DNA of 62,991 nucleotides, filler included, from Octopus bimaculoides (lineage: Eukaryota): NCBI RefSeq assembly GCF_001194135.2. It is 5 parts of 4 records of this genome, joined end to end, with 100 filler letters (N's around TTAATTAATTAA, not from the genome) between each part and the next. Parts side by side here need not be neighbours in the genome. Positions count along the whole stretch, not along the records: positions 12,840 to 30,555 come from NC_068985.1; positions 30,656 to 34,421 come from NC_068987.1; positions 34,522 to 60,691 come from NC_068994.1; 2 more parts are not named here. One strand, 5' to 3'. Shown here piece after piece: positions 22,906 through 35,215 of this stretch; within the stretch, counting starts at the first letter, position 1; every line of letters begins with the position of its first letter. A program made the position numbers and the translations under genes. Below the pieces are notes generated by a model. The model made no database searches, was not told the origin of the DNA, and was given only the letters and a program-made list of their open reading frames with translations.

Positions 22906-24096
22906 CGAACATATACATAACTGCATATAAATTTGTACATATATATAGACACAAACGCATGTGTAAGTATACGTTTGTATTTACATCTGTGCGTTTCAGT
23001 GTGTGTGTGTGTGTGTGCATAAGATACATACATATATATANNNNNNNNNNNNNNNNNNNNNNNNNNNNNNNNNNNNNNNNNNNNNNNNNNNNNNNNNNNN
23101 NNNNNNNNNNNNNNNNNNNNNNNNNNNNNNNNNNNNNNNNNNNNNNNNNNNNNNNNNNNNNNNNNNNNNNNNNNNNNNNNNNNNNNNNNNNNNNNNNNNN
23201 NNNNNNNNNNNNNNNNNNNNNNNNNNNNNNNNNNNNNNNNNNNNNNNNNNNNNNNNNNNNNNNNNNNNNNNNNNNNNNNNNNNNNNNNNNNNNNNNNNNN
23301 NNNNNNNNNNNNNNNNNNNNNNNNNNNNNNNNNNNNNNNNNNNNNNNNNNNNNNNNNNNNNNNNNNNNNNNNNNNNNNNNNNNNNNNNNNNNNNNNNNNN
23401 NNNNNNNNNNNNNNNNNNNNNNNNNNNNNNNNNNNNNNNNNNNNNNNNNNNNNNNNNNNNNNNNNNNNNNNNNNNNNNNNNNNNNNNNNNNNNNNNNNNN
23501 NNNNNNNNNNNNNNNNNNNNNNNNNNNNNNNNNNNNNNNNNNNNNNNNNNNNNNNNNNNNNNNNNNNNNNNNNNNNNNNNNNNNNNNNNNNNNNNNNNNT
23601 ATATATGCATATATGGGAACAAGACGTCACCAACGGTGCAAGCAGCATGAAATACGTAAACAACGAGAGAAAGAAATGGAAATCAGGACAAGCAAGCAGA
23701 GAAAGGACCCTTCATCAGTTGTTGCTGTCTATCCGCTCCTCCTTTCGAGCATTCAACCACAACATGAATCTTCAAAGACAGTTGCTCTCTTTAATTCTAA
23801 AATAAAATTTAGGAGTTATGGTGGGTCAAAGTTGAGAACAAAATCAGGACAGTAGAGATGTACAAGGAAACAGAACGAAAACAAACTTGGAGGATCGTTA
23901 GACCAGACCAAAAACAAACATGGAGGATCGTTAGACCAGAACGAAAGGAAAATATTGAATTATTTGTTAAGAGAAAGGATACAAAAGTGAGAAAAGAAAA
24001 ACTCGCCTACTCATTTGAACGTCCGTGCAGGAAAAGAAAGACGGTCTCGTGAGGAAAAGAAAGATGGACGATGGTCACGTGTATATATATATATAA

Positions 24097-24785
24097 AATA
24101 GAAGCTGAAAATTCATTGAGAATAGTTTAAACATTTGTTATTAAAATATTAAAAGCTTTTACCGGTTTCAAAATTACACTGATTTTCAAACATTTCAAAT
24201 ACAAAAACGTGGCTTATATCGCAGCTGCCTTGCTTCTGAGTAGTGTTTGATATTGTCCCAGTTTTTATAATTAGTTCTTGGCTCAGATAAGTATAGGTTT
24301 TGATTGGTAGAGGCTAGTCACATGACTGGACTTAGGAATTTTTGTAAGTTCCCTACGATGTCCGTGTGTTAGTATCAAGTGACAATGTTTGGTATCATAA
24401 GTTTAGACTGATGCGGTTAACTGAAGAAATTCAAACAGTTAATGCTCTTAATATTTTCTGTCAAGTGTTTGTGGAGACTGAACACATGATTAAATTTAGA
24501 ATCTTTTGTACGTTTCCCGCTACGTCCGTGTGTTAGTGTCACGTGACAGTATATTATGCGCCTATCAATCAAATCTTATTCCAAACATACCAATTTGAGC
24601 CATGAACACTCTATAAAAAACAGAGCAAACTTCAAACTCTAGCCGAAGCAAGTCAGTTGCGACATAAGCCATGTCTTTGTACTTGAACGTTTTGAAAACC
24701 TGTGTAAACTGTGAAACCGCATAAAGCTTCAAATATTTTAATAAAAAATGGTTTAACTATTCTCAGTGCATTTTCAAGTTCTATT
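24097..24785. mobile_element. ~690-bp foldback element with ~220-bp inverted arms
   Basis: Arms ~24097-24315 and ~24558-24785 align as reverse complements throughout (by eye, roughly three-quarters identical); the centre has a ~160-bp-period direct repeat; flanked by (TA)n and (CT)n. Confidence 0.75.
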
Positions 24786-26260
24786 TTTCCTATATTACTA
24801 GAATAAAATAATTTTTCTTTTTTTCTCTCTCTCTCTCACTCTCTCTCTCCTCTCACTCTCTCTCTCTCTCTTTATATATATATANNNNNNNNNNNNNNNN
24901 NNNNNNNNNNNNNNNNNNNNNNNNNNNNNNNNNNNNNNNNNNNNNNNNNNNNNNNNNNNNNNNNNNNNNNNNNNNNNNNNNNNNNNNNNNNNNNNNNNNN
25001 NNNNNNNNNNNNNNNNNNNNNNNNNNNNNNNNNNNNNNNNNNNNNNNNNNNNNNNNNNNNNNNNNNNNNNNNNNNNNNNNNNNNNNNNNNNNNNNNNNNN
25101 NNNNNNNNNNNNNNNNNNNNNNNNNNNNNNNNNNNNNNNNNNNNNNNNNNNNNNNNNNNNNNNNNNNNNNNNNNNNNNNNNNNNNNNNNNNNNNNNNNNN
25201 NNNNNNNNNNNNNNNNNNNNNNNNNNNNNCTCACTCTCTCTCTCCTCTCACTCTCTCTCTCTCTCTTTATATATATATATGTATGTATGTATATACATAT
25301 ATTCACCCCATATTGCAACACATGCACACATCTGCTATTATTATCTGTATAGACGGATATAATCTCTTGATCTTTAATGCATGAAAAAGAAACATGTATG
25401 AATTATATGTTATTTTTTTTTTATAATTATATTTCCGATATTAAACACAGATTAAATAAATTCAGTTTTTACATTACGAGTGGCTGCAGTTAGATTGTTG
25501 TTACTTTTAAATTGTCTTCCAATAGTAAAGCTTACTTGCAGTCGAAATTATAACATAGCATTACATATGGCATTTTATTATTGCAATTATTCCAGATATT
25601 TCTCTGAAAGTATGACAGACAAGTATTTTTCATTCCTTTACAGTCTGAATGCTGTTCCTTTGTGTTCGCCTCCCCGGACAATGCCGTCAACTGTGCTTCC
25701 GCAGAAAGTGAGACAAAAAGTATCAGACTTTGAAATTTGTACTAGAGTCGATGTGTTCAAGCGAAGGCCTTCAAGACTCTGTTCTCGCATGAACACACCC
25801 AACGGAGAGAAAGAGTAAGAAAAGAGTGTTGGGAAACTCAGCTGAATAATATCTCTGAGGCTTTATGCCTAGGGAACTTTTCATCGGTACTTGAAAATAG
25901 AGAGATGTCTACAGCAACACTCAACATACATGCAAGCCATCTCTAGTTTGTAATTATTATTCAAACAATTATACCTCAGTGACACTATTTTGTTAGTGGA
26001 ATACGGCAAATGGCAGCAATATTAACGACGATCTCTAATGAAAAAAATCAGTTGTGATAGGGTTTAAGATAAGGTTCTCATGTGGAGGATTAGAGTTTCC
26101 CCTTTCCCTATCTCCCGCCGCTACAGCCCACTCTCTCTCTCTCCCCATATGTATATATATATATATATGCATGTATATATGTATGTATCTATGTATGCAT
26201 TTATGTACGTATATATGTACGTATGTACGTACACACATGAATGCATGTGTATTTATATGC

Positions 26261-26315
<55 letters not shown>

Positions 26316-27589
26316 CAGAGATATAAGTAAGTATATGAAGGAGACAACATGCAAATATAGCAAAAATAAATAGAATGAATTAGATATAGAAATGGACAGC
26401 ATGAATGCAAGAAAGCATGAATGCAAGAAAGCATGAATGCTAAAATGTAACGGGTAAAACTGAGATAGGCCATTGAAATGGTAATGTTTTCAAGACAAGG
26501 ACAAGGTATTAAATCAAATATTTCTCTGACTTCCACAATCAGCTACTTGAATACAATAAAAAAATATTCTTATTCTATTGAGAAAAGAGTCATTAAAGGC
26601 TATCTTTTGACTACAAATACTTCTTCGAGATTCAATGGAATTGTATAACAGATCTCATACAGAATAATTGGTTATTAAATTTAGCCACGAATGAAATGTT
26701 TTTTCAAAAGATTTGGCAGTAATTGCATTTTTGAGGTTGCTATTCTGCGAGGTTTTATTATATTTATCCTTTTTTTTTGCGAGTTTTGTTTTTGAATTTT
26801 TTGTTATATATTTCCCCTCTTTTATTTTATTCCGCCATTTTTTATTGCATGCTTGTTCCAATTTTTGCGATTGTATCTATTTATGGTTTTGGGCATTTGG
26901 ATTTTTCCTTCCATATTTTCCTTAATATCAGTGAAACCCAACGTGTATGTTTTTTATTAATGTTTATATGAATAAAAATCATCTAAGAACAAATTGAATC
27001 CAACCTCTAATAAATTTGTGAATGCTTTAAAATGCATACCAACTTTTTTATATATAAATCTCACACAATCTCCGAAATATTCAGTGAAATCCAATTATTT
27101 TTTGTTTCATTTTTGTCTTATATTCTTTTCACGATTTCTTGTATATATATATATATTTTTTATTATTTTCAACCTCAATGTGGATTAATGTGTTTTGGTG
27201 TAATTTTCAAAATAGATTGACAATGTTTGAAAACTCTTTTGAGGACGATGTACAGAGTAATTGAAGACCATGTCTAAGTTACAGTGAAGATACTATTTAA
27301 ACATCTCGTCTCCCATATGTGTCTCTGCATTGGGCAGAATTAAACATATCATGGGCAGTTGGCAACAAGTCCCTTCAAAAATACCGCTTATTTCAAAATT
27401 TACTTTCAAACATCAGATTAATGACATATCATAGTTAAATTTATAATATGTTAGTAATATATAAATACGTATATATATACTGTATACGTATATATATACT
27501 TCATACTTATTTCAACCACCCATTTTGCCGTTAAGTAAGTTATGGAGATATAAACATACAGACACTGGTGGTTGTGGGGTAGGTGGTAG

Positions 27590-27629
<40 letters not shown>
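27590..27629. repeat. (GAT)n microsatellite
   Basis: Perfect triplet run. Confidence 0.95.
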
Positions 27630-27632
<3 letters not shown>

Positions 27633-27758
27633 ATGACGATGACTGATGATTTCGATTGCTCAGTGGTCGCTCAAAGTCGCAGATGGAAGACGTTACACAG
27701 ATATGTTACAACGTGTGGAGTGATTGATAGCAACATGTTGGGGAAAAAGGAGGACCTC

Positions 27759-28177
27759 CTGGCAGAAACGTTAGCACGCCGGGCGAATACTTAGCGGTAT
27801 TTCGTCCGCCTTTACGTTCTGAGTTCAAATTCCACCGAGGTCGACTTTGCCTTTCATCCTTTAGGAGTCGATAAATTAAGCACCAGTTGCGAGTTGCGTG
27901 CTTGTGTCGATCTAACCGACTGTCCCATCGCCCTAAAATTTTGGGCCATGTGCCTTGAGTAGAAAATGATATATTTTCCTTTGTTTTGCACGCCGGGCGA
28001 AATGCTTAGTGGTATTTCGTCTCTCTATACCTTCTGAGTTCAAATTCATCCGATGTTGACTTTGCCTTTCATCCTTACAGGATCAATAAATTAAGTACCA
28101 TTTTTTTACTCGGATCGATCTAATCGAGTGCCCCACCCCAAAAAAAATTTCGGTTCTTGTATCTAGAATTGAAAAGA
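27759..28177 (+). mobile_element. Two tandem family A SINE copies (tail type 1)
   Basis: CTGGCAGAAACGTTAGCACGCCGGGCG... to ~27967; second copy ~27988-28177. Confidence 0.85.
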
Positions 28178-30262
28178 TATATTTTCCTTTGTATATGGAA
28201 CTGGAAAATGTTGATCAGGGTTTCATCGAAGGGAAATGTGTCTACTGTCAATTTTTAGCTCTGGCCAGGTACATGTTAAAAGAAAAAAAAAATCTGCCTG
28301 CTTAAAGACCGTAAAATGATCATCACATCTAATATGGCTGGCAGCGTGGTCCGTGCCTGCTGTGATCACAGCTCTTTCATATAATTTCACAAACTCTAGC
28401 ACCCAGAACTGGAAGTAGCTCATATAAGACGATATCCTCTGTCACCGCGCAAGTATGGCAGAATCTCTCTTTCCCCCCACTCTCTTCAACATTTACGTTC
28501 ATGTCTTCATTTCTAGGCCAACAAAGTTGAAGGTTTCTGGAAAATATCCATTGTAACCGAATGACACAAAGTCTCACTGGAACTTGATAGTTACAATACG
28601 ACGGACAGTGTTTAGCGTATGGAGAAGAAGATGAAAAATAACAAGTATAAAGCAGAAAGGGAAAAGACTAGTAGAGGAGAGAGTGAGACAAAAGGAGAAA
28701 GAAGAAGGGAGAAGAATACGGAAGGAAAGAAGGTGATGAGTTGACATGGAGTAAATAAAGAGAAAGACATAGAAAATAGAATAAAGAATAACAGACAGTG
28801 AAAAAAGAAGCCAAGGGAGAGGAGGAAGAGAGAACATGGGGCAGATGAACGAGGAGGGGAAGAGAGTGAAATAGAAGGAAAAGAAGAAAAAAAAGAGAAG
28901 GAAGAATACAGAAATATAGACTTCCACCTGTAACACCAGCGCAAAATTTAGTAATGCCACAGTATCTTCAAAATCTGACGATCAAACGGCACTGATTTGC
29001 TTGCAACAATATATTTCGTACTTCACATTCTCTGAGCACAAAAGCCTTCATTTAAACTGCAAAGTTAATAAGAATATATTATGTAAATCCGAAGCACAAA
29101 TCTAATCTTGCATGGGAATTTCATGGTGCTTATCTCGTAAATGATTTGTGAGATATTTTAAGGTTACCTACCAAATATACGACTGATTATCCGTGCACAA
29201 TTATAAGAGTCATGTGTGAATATAATTAAACCTTACGTCAGGAACTGAGTTCTGTATTTAACGAGCCGGTAAGGGGTATGATGTATTTGGAGAGAATAAC
29301 GTAAATTTAGATTAGAATTCCCTGGATTTGACGTACGAATGTCATTCCTGGGGAACTGGTTGTGTAAATTAACAGATATTTCCGTTGGAATTGTGCACGA
29401 CGCAATTGTATTGCTGATATCACATGTAATTTATAAACTTCGAACCTATCTAATAAATTTCATTACTATAATAATGCAGTACACACACACACATTTGTGT
29501 ATANNNNNNNNNNNNNNNNNNNNNNNNNNNNNNNNNNNNNNNNNNNNNNNNNNNNNNNNNNNNNNNNNNNNNNNNNNNNNNNNNNNNNNNNNNNNNNNNN
29601 NNNNNNNNNNNNNNNNNNNNNNNNNNNNNNNNNNNNNNNNNNNNNNNNNNNNNNNNNNNNNNNNNNNNNNNNNNNNNNNNNNNNNNNNNNNNNNNNNNNN
29701 NNNNNNNNNNNNNNNNNNNNNNNNNNNNNNNNNNNNNNNNNNNNNNNNNNNNNNNNNNNNNNNNNNNNNNNNNNNNNNNNNNNNNNNNNNNNNNNNNNNT
29801 ATATATATATATACACATATATATATATATATATATACATGCATACATACATACATATAAATTGTAAGGACAAATAACAACAAATCGATTGCAGTTCACT
29901 ACAGCTGTTTCAGACGTGTTTTAATTAATGAATAGAGGCGTTACATCATTCAAAAAGTAACCATTTTCTTCAGGTGAATACACGTCAGAATGAATCATTG
30001 TAAGTATCTCAATAAGTAGTCAAAACTGTCAATGTGGCTTGATATTGTGATGTTGAAATGTCTAAAAGTTACTTGTATTCGACTTATACAAAATTTCTTT
30101 TCGGATGATATAGCATTTATATTCAGCAGTAATATGAAAAAAATCCGTATTTAATTTTGTGTGTACCTAGATGTCATTATACAAGGAAACCATTCGCCGT
30201 CTCACCGATTCTACCTTGATGATTTCACTGTTTAAATACCTGGTTCTATCGAATCCAGGAAA

Positions 30263-30303
<41 letters not shown>

Positions 30304-30681
30304 CGTATGACGTCAGTTGGTAGTAAAACACAAAAAGTAACAGAAGCAGAGACGCGCGACTGAGGGGAAAGCAGTATTACTCCTGCTTCTATGCCATGTA
30401 AAGAAAACGGTGTTTTAGAAATGTGCGCAGTAGTATGCTTAGCTTATATACTCAGATTGAAAAGCAGGGGTCCAATTTTAAACATCCGACTTGGAGTAAC
30501 CTTCTTAATGTTATTGAATCATGTCCATATTTTGGCATCGATACAAAATGTTGCTNNNNNNNNNNNNNNNNNNNNNNNNNNNNNNNNNNNNNNNNNNNNT
30601 TAATTAATTAANNNNNNNNNNNNNNNNNNNNNNNNNNNNNNNNNNNNNNNNNNNNTATATATATATATATATATATATATA

Positions 30682-32040
30682 TGACCCCCTCCTCTTCACA
30701 CATCTTTCCTAACTGACCTCTCCCCTCCTTCAAACAAGCCCACAACCTATGAGACCTCTTGGTCCACAGCTTCATTAACCCAACCTCCCAACTCGGCTTG
30801 TTCTCCTGCTCCCGCCCATGCTGCCGCACTTGCTCTTACTGCTCCAACACCATCCTCCTCACCAGCACCCATCATCGACCCTATCACTATCACATCACCA
30901 ACTCCTTCACCTGTACTTCTACCAATATCATCTACTGCATATCCTGCTCTCTCTGCTCTTGTCTATACATCGCGCTAACAGGACGCCGCTTGGCTGACTG
31001 GTTTGCAGAACACCTCCGAGACATCTGACTTGGCAATGACACCCCGGTCTCGCACCATTTCCACTCTACCGGTCAGTCTTTACAACACCAGTCTGTGTTT
31101 GGATTGTCCTTGCACAAGGGCCATCCGCACTCCCGTTTGCGCCATGAACAGGGATTAATTGTCTCTCTTCACTCCTTTGCGCCACATGGGCTCAATTCTC
31201 CTCCCCTCTTNNNNNNNNNNNNNNNNNNNNNNNNNNNNNNNNNNNNNNNNNNNNNNNNNNNNNNNNNNNNNNNNNNNNNNNNNNNNNNNNNNNNNNNNNN
31301 NNNNNNNNNNNNNNNNNNNNNNNNNNNNNNNNNNNNNNNNNNNNNNNNNNNNNNNNNNNNNNNNNNNNNNNNNNNNNNNNNNNNNNNNNNNNNNNNNNNN
31401 NNNNNNNNNNNNNNNNNNNNNNNNNNNNNNNNNNNNNNNNNNNNNNNNNNNNNNNNNNNNNNNNNNNNNNNNNNNNNNNNNNNNNNNNNNNNNNNNNNNN
31501 NNNNNNNNNNNNNNNNNNNNNNNNNNNNNNNNNNNNNNNNNNNNNNNNNNNNNCTAACCCCCACCCACCCTTGCTTTCCCCACTCTCGCCTCCCTCACCT
31601 CCCAACACCATCACACCACACAACACTACATCATATCACACCACCATGCACACACTAGCACTGACCACTTCCCAGCCCCACATCCATACAGATACACACA
31701 AGCACACGTCAAGGTAACCAGCCCTCTTCCACACGCACATACATACTCTCTTACACACATGCACGCACACCTTCGTTTTGGGATCACTACTACTTTATTA
31801 TTTCCCCTTTTTCTTAGCTCTCCTGTGTGACCCCTCTGTCCGGCATTCGCCATGATAGATCGCTAGCCATTACACATTCTATATTTTCTCTCCTTGTTTC
31901 TTTCTGTGTTCCTTTCTGTGGAAGAGCATAGGCTCAAAATGTTAAAGACTTTTTCACTTCCTGAACGTTAAACTAATATTTCTGTTTGTTGTCTACACCA
32001 CATGTCTTTGTCTTTTGTTTTTTTGTGAATTCTCCCCTAA
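30682..32040 (+). mobile_element. Penelope-like element 3' part (Neptune-type GIY-YIG plus pLTR-like tail)
   Basis: PSFKQAHNL*DLLV..FSCSRPCCRTCSYC..FTCTSTNIIYCISCSLCSCLYIALTGRRLADWFAEHLRDI*..VSHHFH..RLRHEQGLIVSLHSFAPHGLN: GIY-YIG with CxxC between the motifs; degenerate HHR-like at 31911-31948; ends at (TA)n. Confidence 0.85.
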
Positions 32041-32082
32041 TATATTATATATATATGTATGTATCATGTATATATATTTTTT

Positions 32083-32998
32083 TATCATCATCATTCAATG
32101 TCCATTTTCCATGCTGGCAAGGGTTGGACAGTTTGACTGAGGACTGGCAAGTCAGGAGACTGCACCAGGCTCCATTCTAATCTGGCCATGTTTCTACAGC
32201 TGGATGCCCTTCGTAATGCCAACCACTCCAGGAGTGTAGTGGGTGCTTTTTATGTGCCACTGGCATCAACCATACTTGAATAGTGCATTGTACGTGCACC
32301 GGCACAGGTTCCAGTCAGGCAGCACTGGCATCAGCCATGACTTCGATTTCACTTGACTCTACAGGTCTTCTTAAGCATAGCATATTGCTTGATGATTGAA
32401 GGGTACTTTTAAATGAGCCAGTTATGCAACACTGGCATCAGGCATGGCTACGATCTCACTTGGCTTGCTGGATCTTCTCAAGCATAGTCTCCAAATGCCT
32501 CTGTGAGGCCCAATGTTCAAAGGTCGTGCTTCAGCATGTCATCTCATATCTTCCTGGATCCACCTCTTTCACAGGTTTCCTCCACTGTTAGGGTGTGACA
32601 CTTCTTTACACCACCATCCTCATCCATATGCAACATCCATATGATCATACCAGTGCAGTTGTTCCTCTTGCACATCACATCTGATGCTTCTTATGTCTAA
32701 CTTTTTTCTCGGGGTGCTTAACTCTGTCATGTATGCACACTGACATTACACATCCAGCAGAGCATACTAGCTTCATTTCTTTCAAGCCTATGCATGTCCT
32801 CAGCAGTCACAGCCCATGTTTCATAGCCGTGTAGCATGGCTGTTAGCACACATGCTTCATACAGTCTCCCTTTCACTTTGAGTGAGAGGCCCTTTCTTAC
32901 AAGCATGAACTTTGTCCAGGCTATTCTTATTCTAGCTGCTATGCTCTCAGAGCATCTCCCCCTGCTACTGACTTGGTCACTGAGGTAATGGAAGCTAT
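32083..32998 (-). mobile_element. RTE-clade LINE, 3' portion
   Basis: Minus: SFHYLSDQVSSRGRCSESIAARIRIAWTKF..LSLKVKGRLYEACVLTAMLHGYETW..LERNEASMLCWMC..LHWYDHM; 3' UTR with (GAT)n tail at ~32083. Confidence 0.9.
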
Positions 32999-33800
32999 TG
33001 TAGCAAACTCATAAGAGAGAACGTAGGTTCGTTTGCCTGAACAGGAAAAATTACTGATTTCTCATTGGTTAAAAATTACTGCCCATATGCGAATTCTGAA
33101 CTTCATTGAAGAAGTCTTTCGTGAAGTACGGTTCTAGAATTCGTGTATGAGCAGTTATAAAAACCCCGATTTTTGGGAAACTCTCCAGTGATCGTTGGAC
33201 TGTCATTCAAATCAATGACACTCACTCTCAAGTGATCGTTGGATTGCCATTCAAATCCACGACACTCACCCTCTTGAGTATCGGCTAATATTTATGCCAT
33301 GTTCAATACTCAATTCCAACAATATTGAATTGTTGTGAATTCTTGTAGTTAGAATTGAAAGATTAGTTAGTGTAAATTTTAAGTCGTAATTCTCTACGAC
33401 AAAATGACTTTATTTCTAATGGTTCTATAAATGCCAAATGTTTATAATAAACTAATGTAGAAATTTAATTCCTTTTACTTCTCATTTCTTTCAACTTGTT
33501 GCATTTATTTCTGTATATTTATGAAACTGTATTTTTTTATGTAACGGTCAAAAGAATACGAATCTATATCTTCAACATACATGTACGTATTGAACATTCA
33601 GCGTCTTGGTATGTATGCATCATAACATTTACGCAGCCTAAAATAAGAGTTATACTTAGTGATAAATATTTATAATTAAGTTATAAGTAACAAGATTATC
33701 ATCATAGCTTTTAATTAAGAAACAATAGTATTTGTTATAACTTACGATCGAAAACATTTTAAATAAGATATAGTATTCACGCTTCCCGACCTGTACAACA
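32999..33800. mobile_element. Unclassified ~800-bp insertion interrupting the RTE (possible solo LTR)
   Basis: Lies between two collinear RTE pieces; starts TGTAG and ends CAACA; internal ~47-bp tandem duplication at 33181-33275. Confidence 0.45.
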
Positions 33801-33803
33801 TAA

Positions 33804-33985
33804 AACTATCAACTACTTCTAGGTTTTCCCCCTGACATGTAGTGGAATCTGTTTTCTGTACATCTTCGGTGTTTATTGCCCCTGTGCATCCGCCACACAC
33901 AAAACTATCTTCCCAGTTAACCTTCCTTTGATATTGCTGCACCTTTTATGTGTCCATAGCTTACAAGCTTACACTGGGTATATCT
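33804..33985 (-). mobile_element. RTE-clade LINE, upstream piece
   Basis: Minus: KLWTHKRCSNIKGRLTGKI.. FVCGGCTGAINTEDVQK...GENLEVVDSF, joining DSF-HYL of the 32083-32998 piece. Confidence 0.85.
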
Positions 33986-34836
33986 TATGGAGTTTCTACC
34001 TTCGCCTTATATATATATATATATATAAAAATTGAAGGAATGGAGAAAACGCATGTTATAATTGCATACTTTATTACAACCTATGTGATCCATAGGGATC
34101 TGTGATATTAAAATTGTAACCTCATCAGGGAAAGTATCGGAAATAACATTAAATTTAAACTAGACTGGCTTATTCTTTCTATTTCTAAGCCATATGAAAA
34201 GGGTGGAAAATCTTGCAATATTTGTGTTACAGAACTCCTCTTCATTTTATTTTCAAAGAATAATCTGGTAAATACTTTCATAGAACATTCTTACAGATGT
34301 AAACACTGGCAAAAACATACATTTTCAGCATTTAAATAACAGTCAATTTTTTTTAAACGCTATCATATTTACCCGTAATAAGTAAATTCTTCAAATAGTT
34401 CTAATAAAACATACTATTATTNNNNNNNNNNNNNNNNNNNNNNNNNNNNNNNNNNNNNNNNNNNNTTAATTAATTAANNNNNNNNNNNNNNNNNNNNNNN
34501 NNNNNNNNNNNNNNNNNNNNNACCTTCGTAACGCGTGCAAATACACTAGCGTGTTCTCATATTATAATGCATTTATTTCGTATCAGTAAATTTTCATTCC
34601 TGTCTATAAGGTGTAAGATAGATTCAACGCGTTTTTTTTTCTTTTTTTGTTTTTTTGTTTTTTTCGTTTTTTTTTTTTCGTTTAAGAAACATATTGAGAA
34701 GGAAGGTGCTTTTATCTGCGATTCGGTAGATGCAGAGTTCGATTTCCATTTAAAACCTAAATAACCGATTCCATAAAAAGACATAAAGATTTGTAATCTT
34801 TGATAATATTAAGCCTAGTAATTAATAAATATATGT

Positions 34837-35215
34837 GGAGGCGCAATGGCCCAGTGGTTAGGGCAGCGGACGCGCTGTCATAAGATAACGGTTTCGATTC
34901 TCAGACCGGCCGTTGTGAGTGTTTATTGAGCGAAAATGCCTAAAGCCCCACGAGGCTCCGGCAGAGGATGGTGGTGAACCCTGCTGTACTCTTCCACTAC
35001 AACTTTCACTCACTCTTACTTCCTGTTTCTGTAATTCAGAGGGTCAGCATTGTCACACTCTGTGTCACGCTGAATATCCCCGAGAACTACGTTAAGGGCA
35101 CACGTGTCTGAGGAGTGCTTAGCCACTTTGCACGTTAATTTCAAGAGCTGGCTGTTCCGTTGATCGGATCAACTGGAACCCTCGACGTCATAAGCGACGG
35201 AATGCCAACAGCAAC
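34837..35215 (+). mobile_element. Full-length tRNA-derived SINE family B with long degenerate TSD
   Basis: GGAGGCGCAATGGCCCAGTGGTTAGGGCAGCGGAC (A box) ... GGTTTCGATTCTC (B box); flanks 34811-34836 / 35216-35239 are similar. Confidence 0.95.

Larger units (their letters stand above)
21178..22932 (+). mobile_element. 5'-truncated, decayed Penelope-like element bounded by inverted terminal segments
   Basis: RT-thumb-like RPYN...RINNL, linker VFNRHNGTVTFCCAPNMDII, GCSC, GIY-YIG nuclease, 3' hammerhead; inverted repeat 21178-21214 / 22896-22932. Confidence 0.75.

Noticed and set aside
23878-23943. Short tandem duplications (33 bp here; 15 bp at 26399-26449; 17 bp at 37700-37745)
   Set aside because: Two or three adjacent units without unique spacers: slippage products, not CRISPR-like arrays.
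28188-28556. Possible two-exon small ORF MELENVDQGFIEGKCVYCQFLALAR|PTKLKVSGKYPL
   Set aside because: Very short, unrecognised, with a weak donor (GTACAT); expected by chance in 63 kb.
34837-34910. tRNA-like sequences (A and B boxes) at SINE heads
   Set aside because: They run directly into SINE bodies and lack a complete acceptor stem, so they are not tRNA genes.
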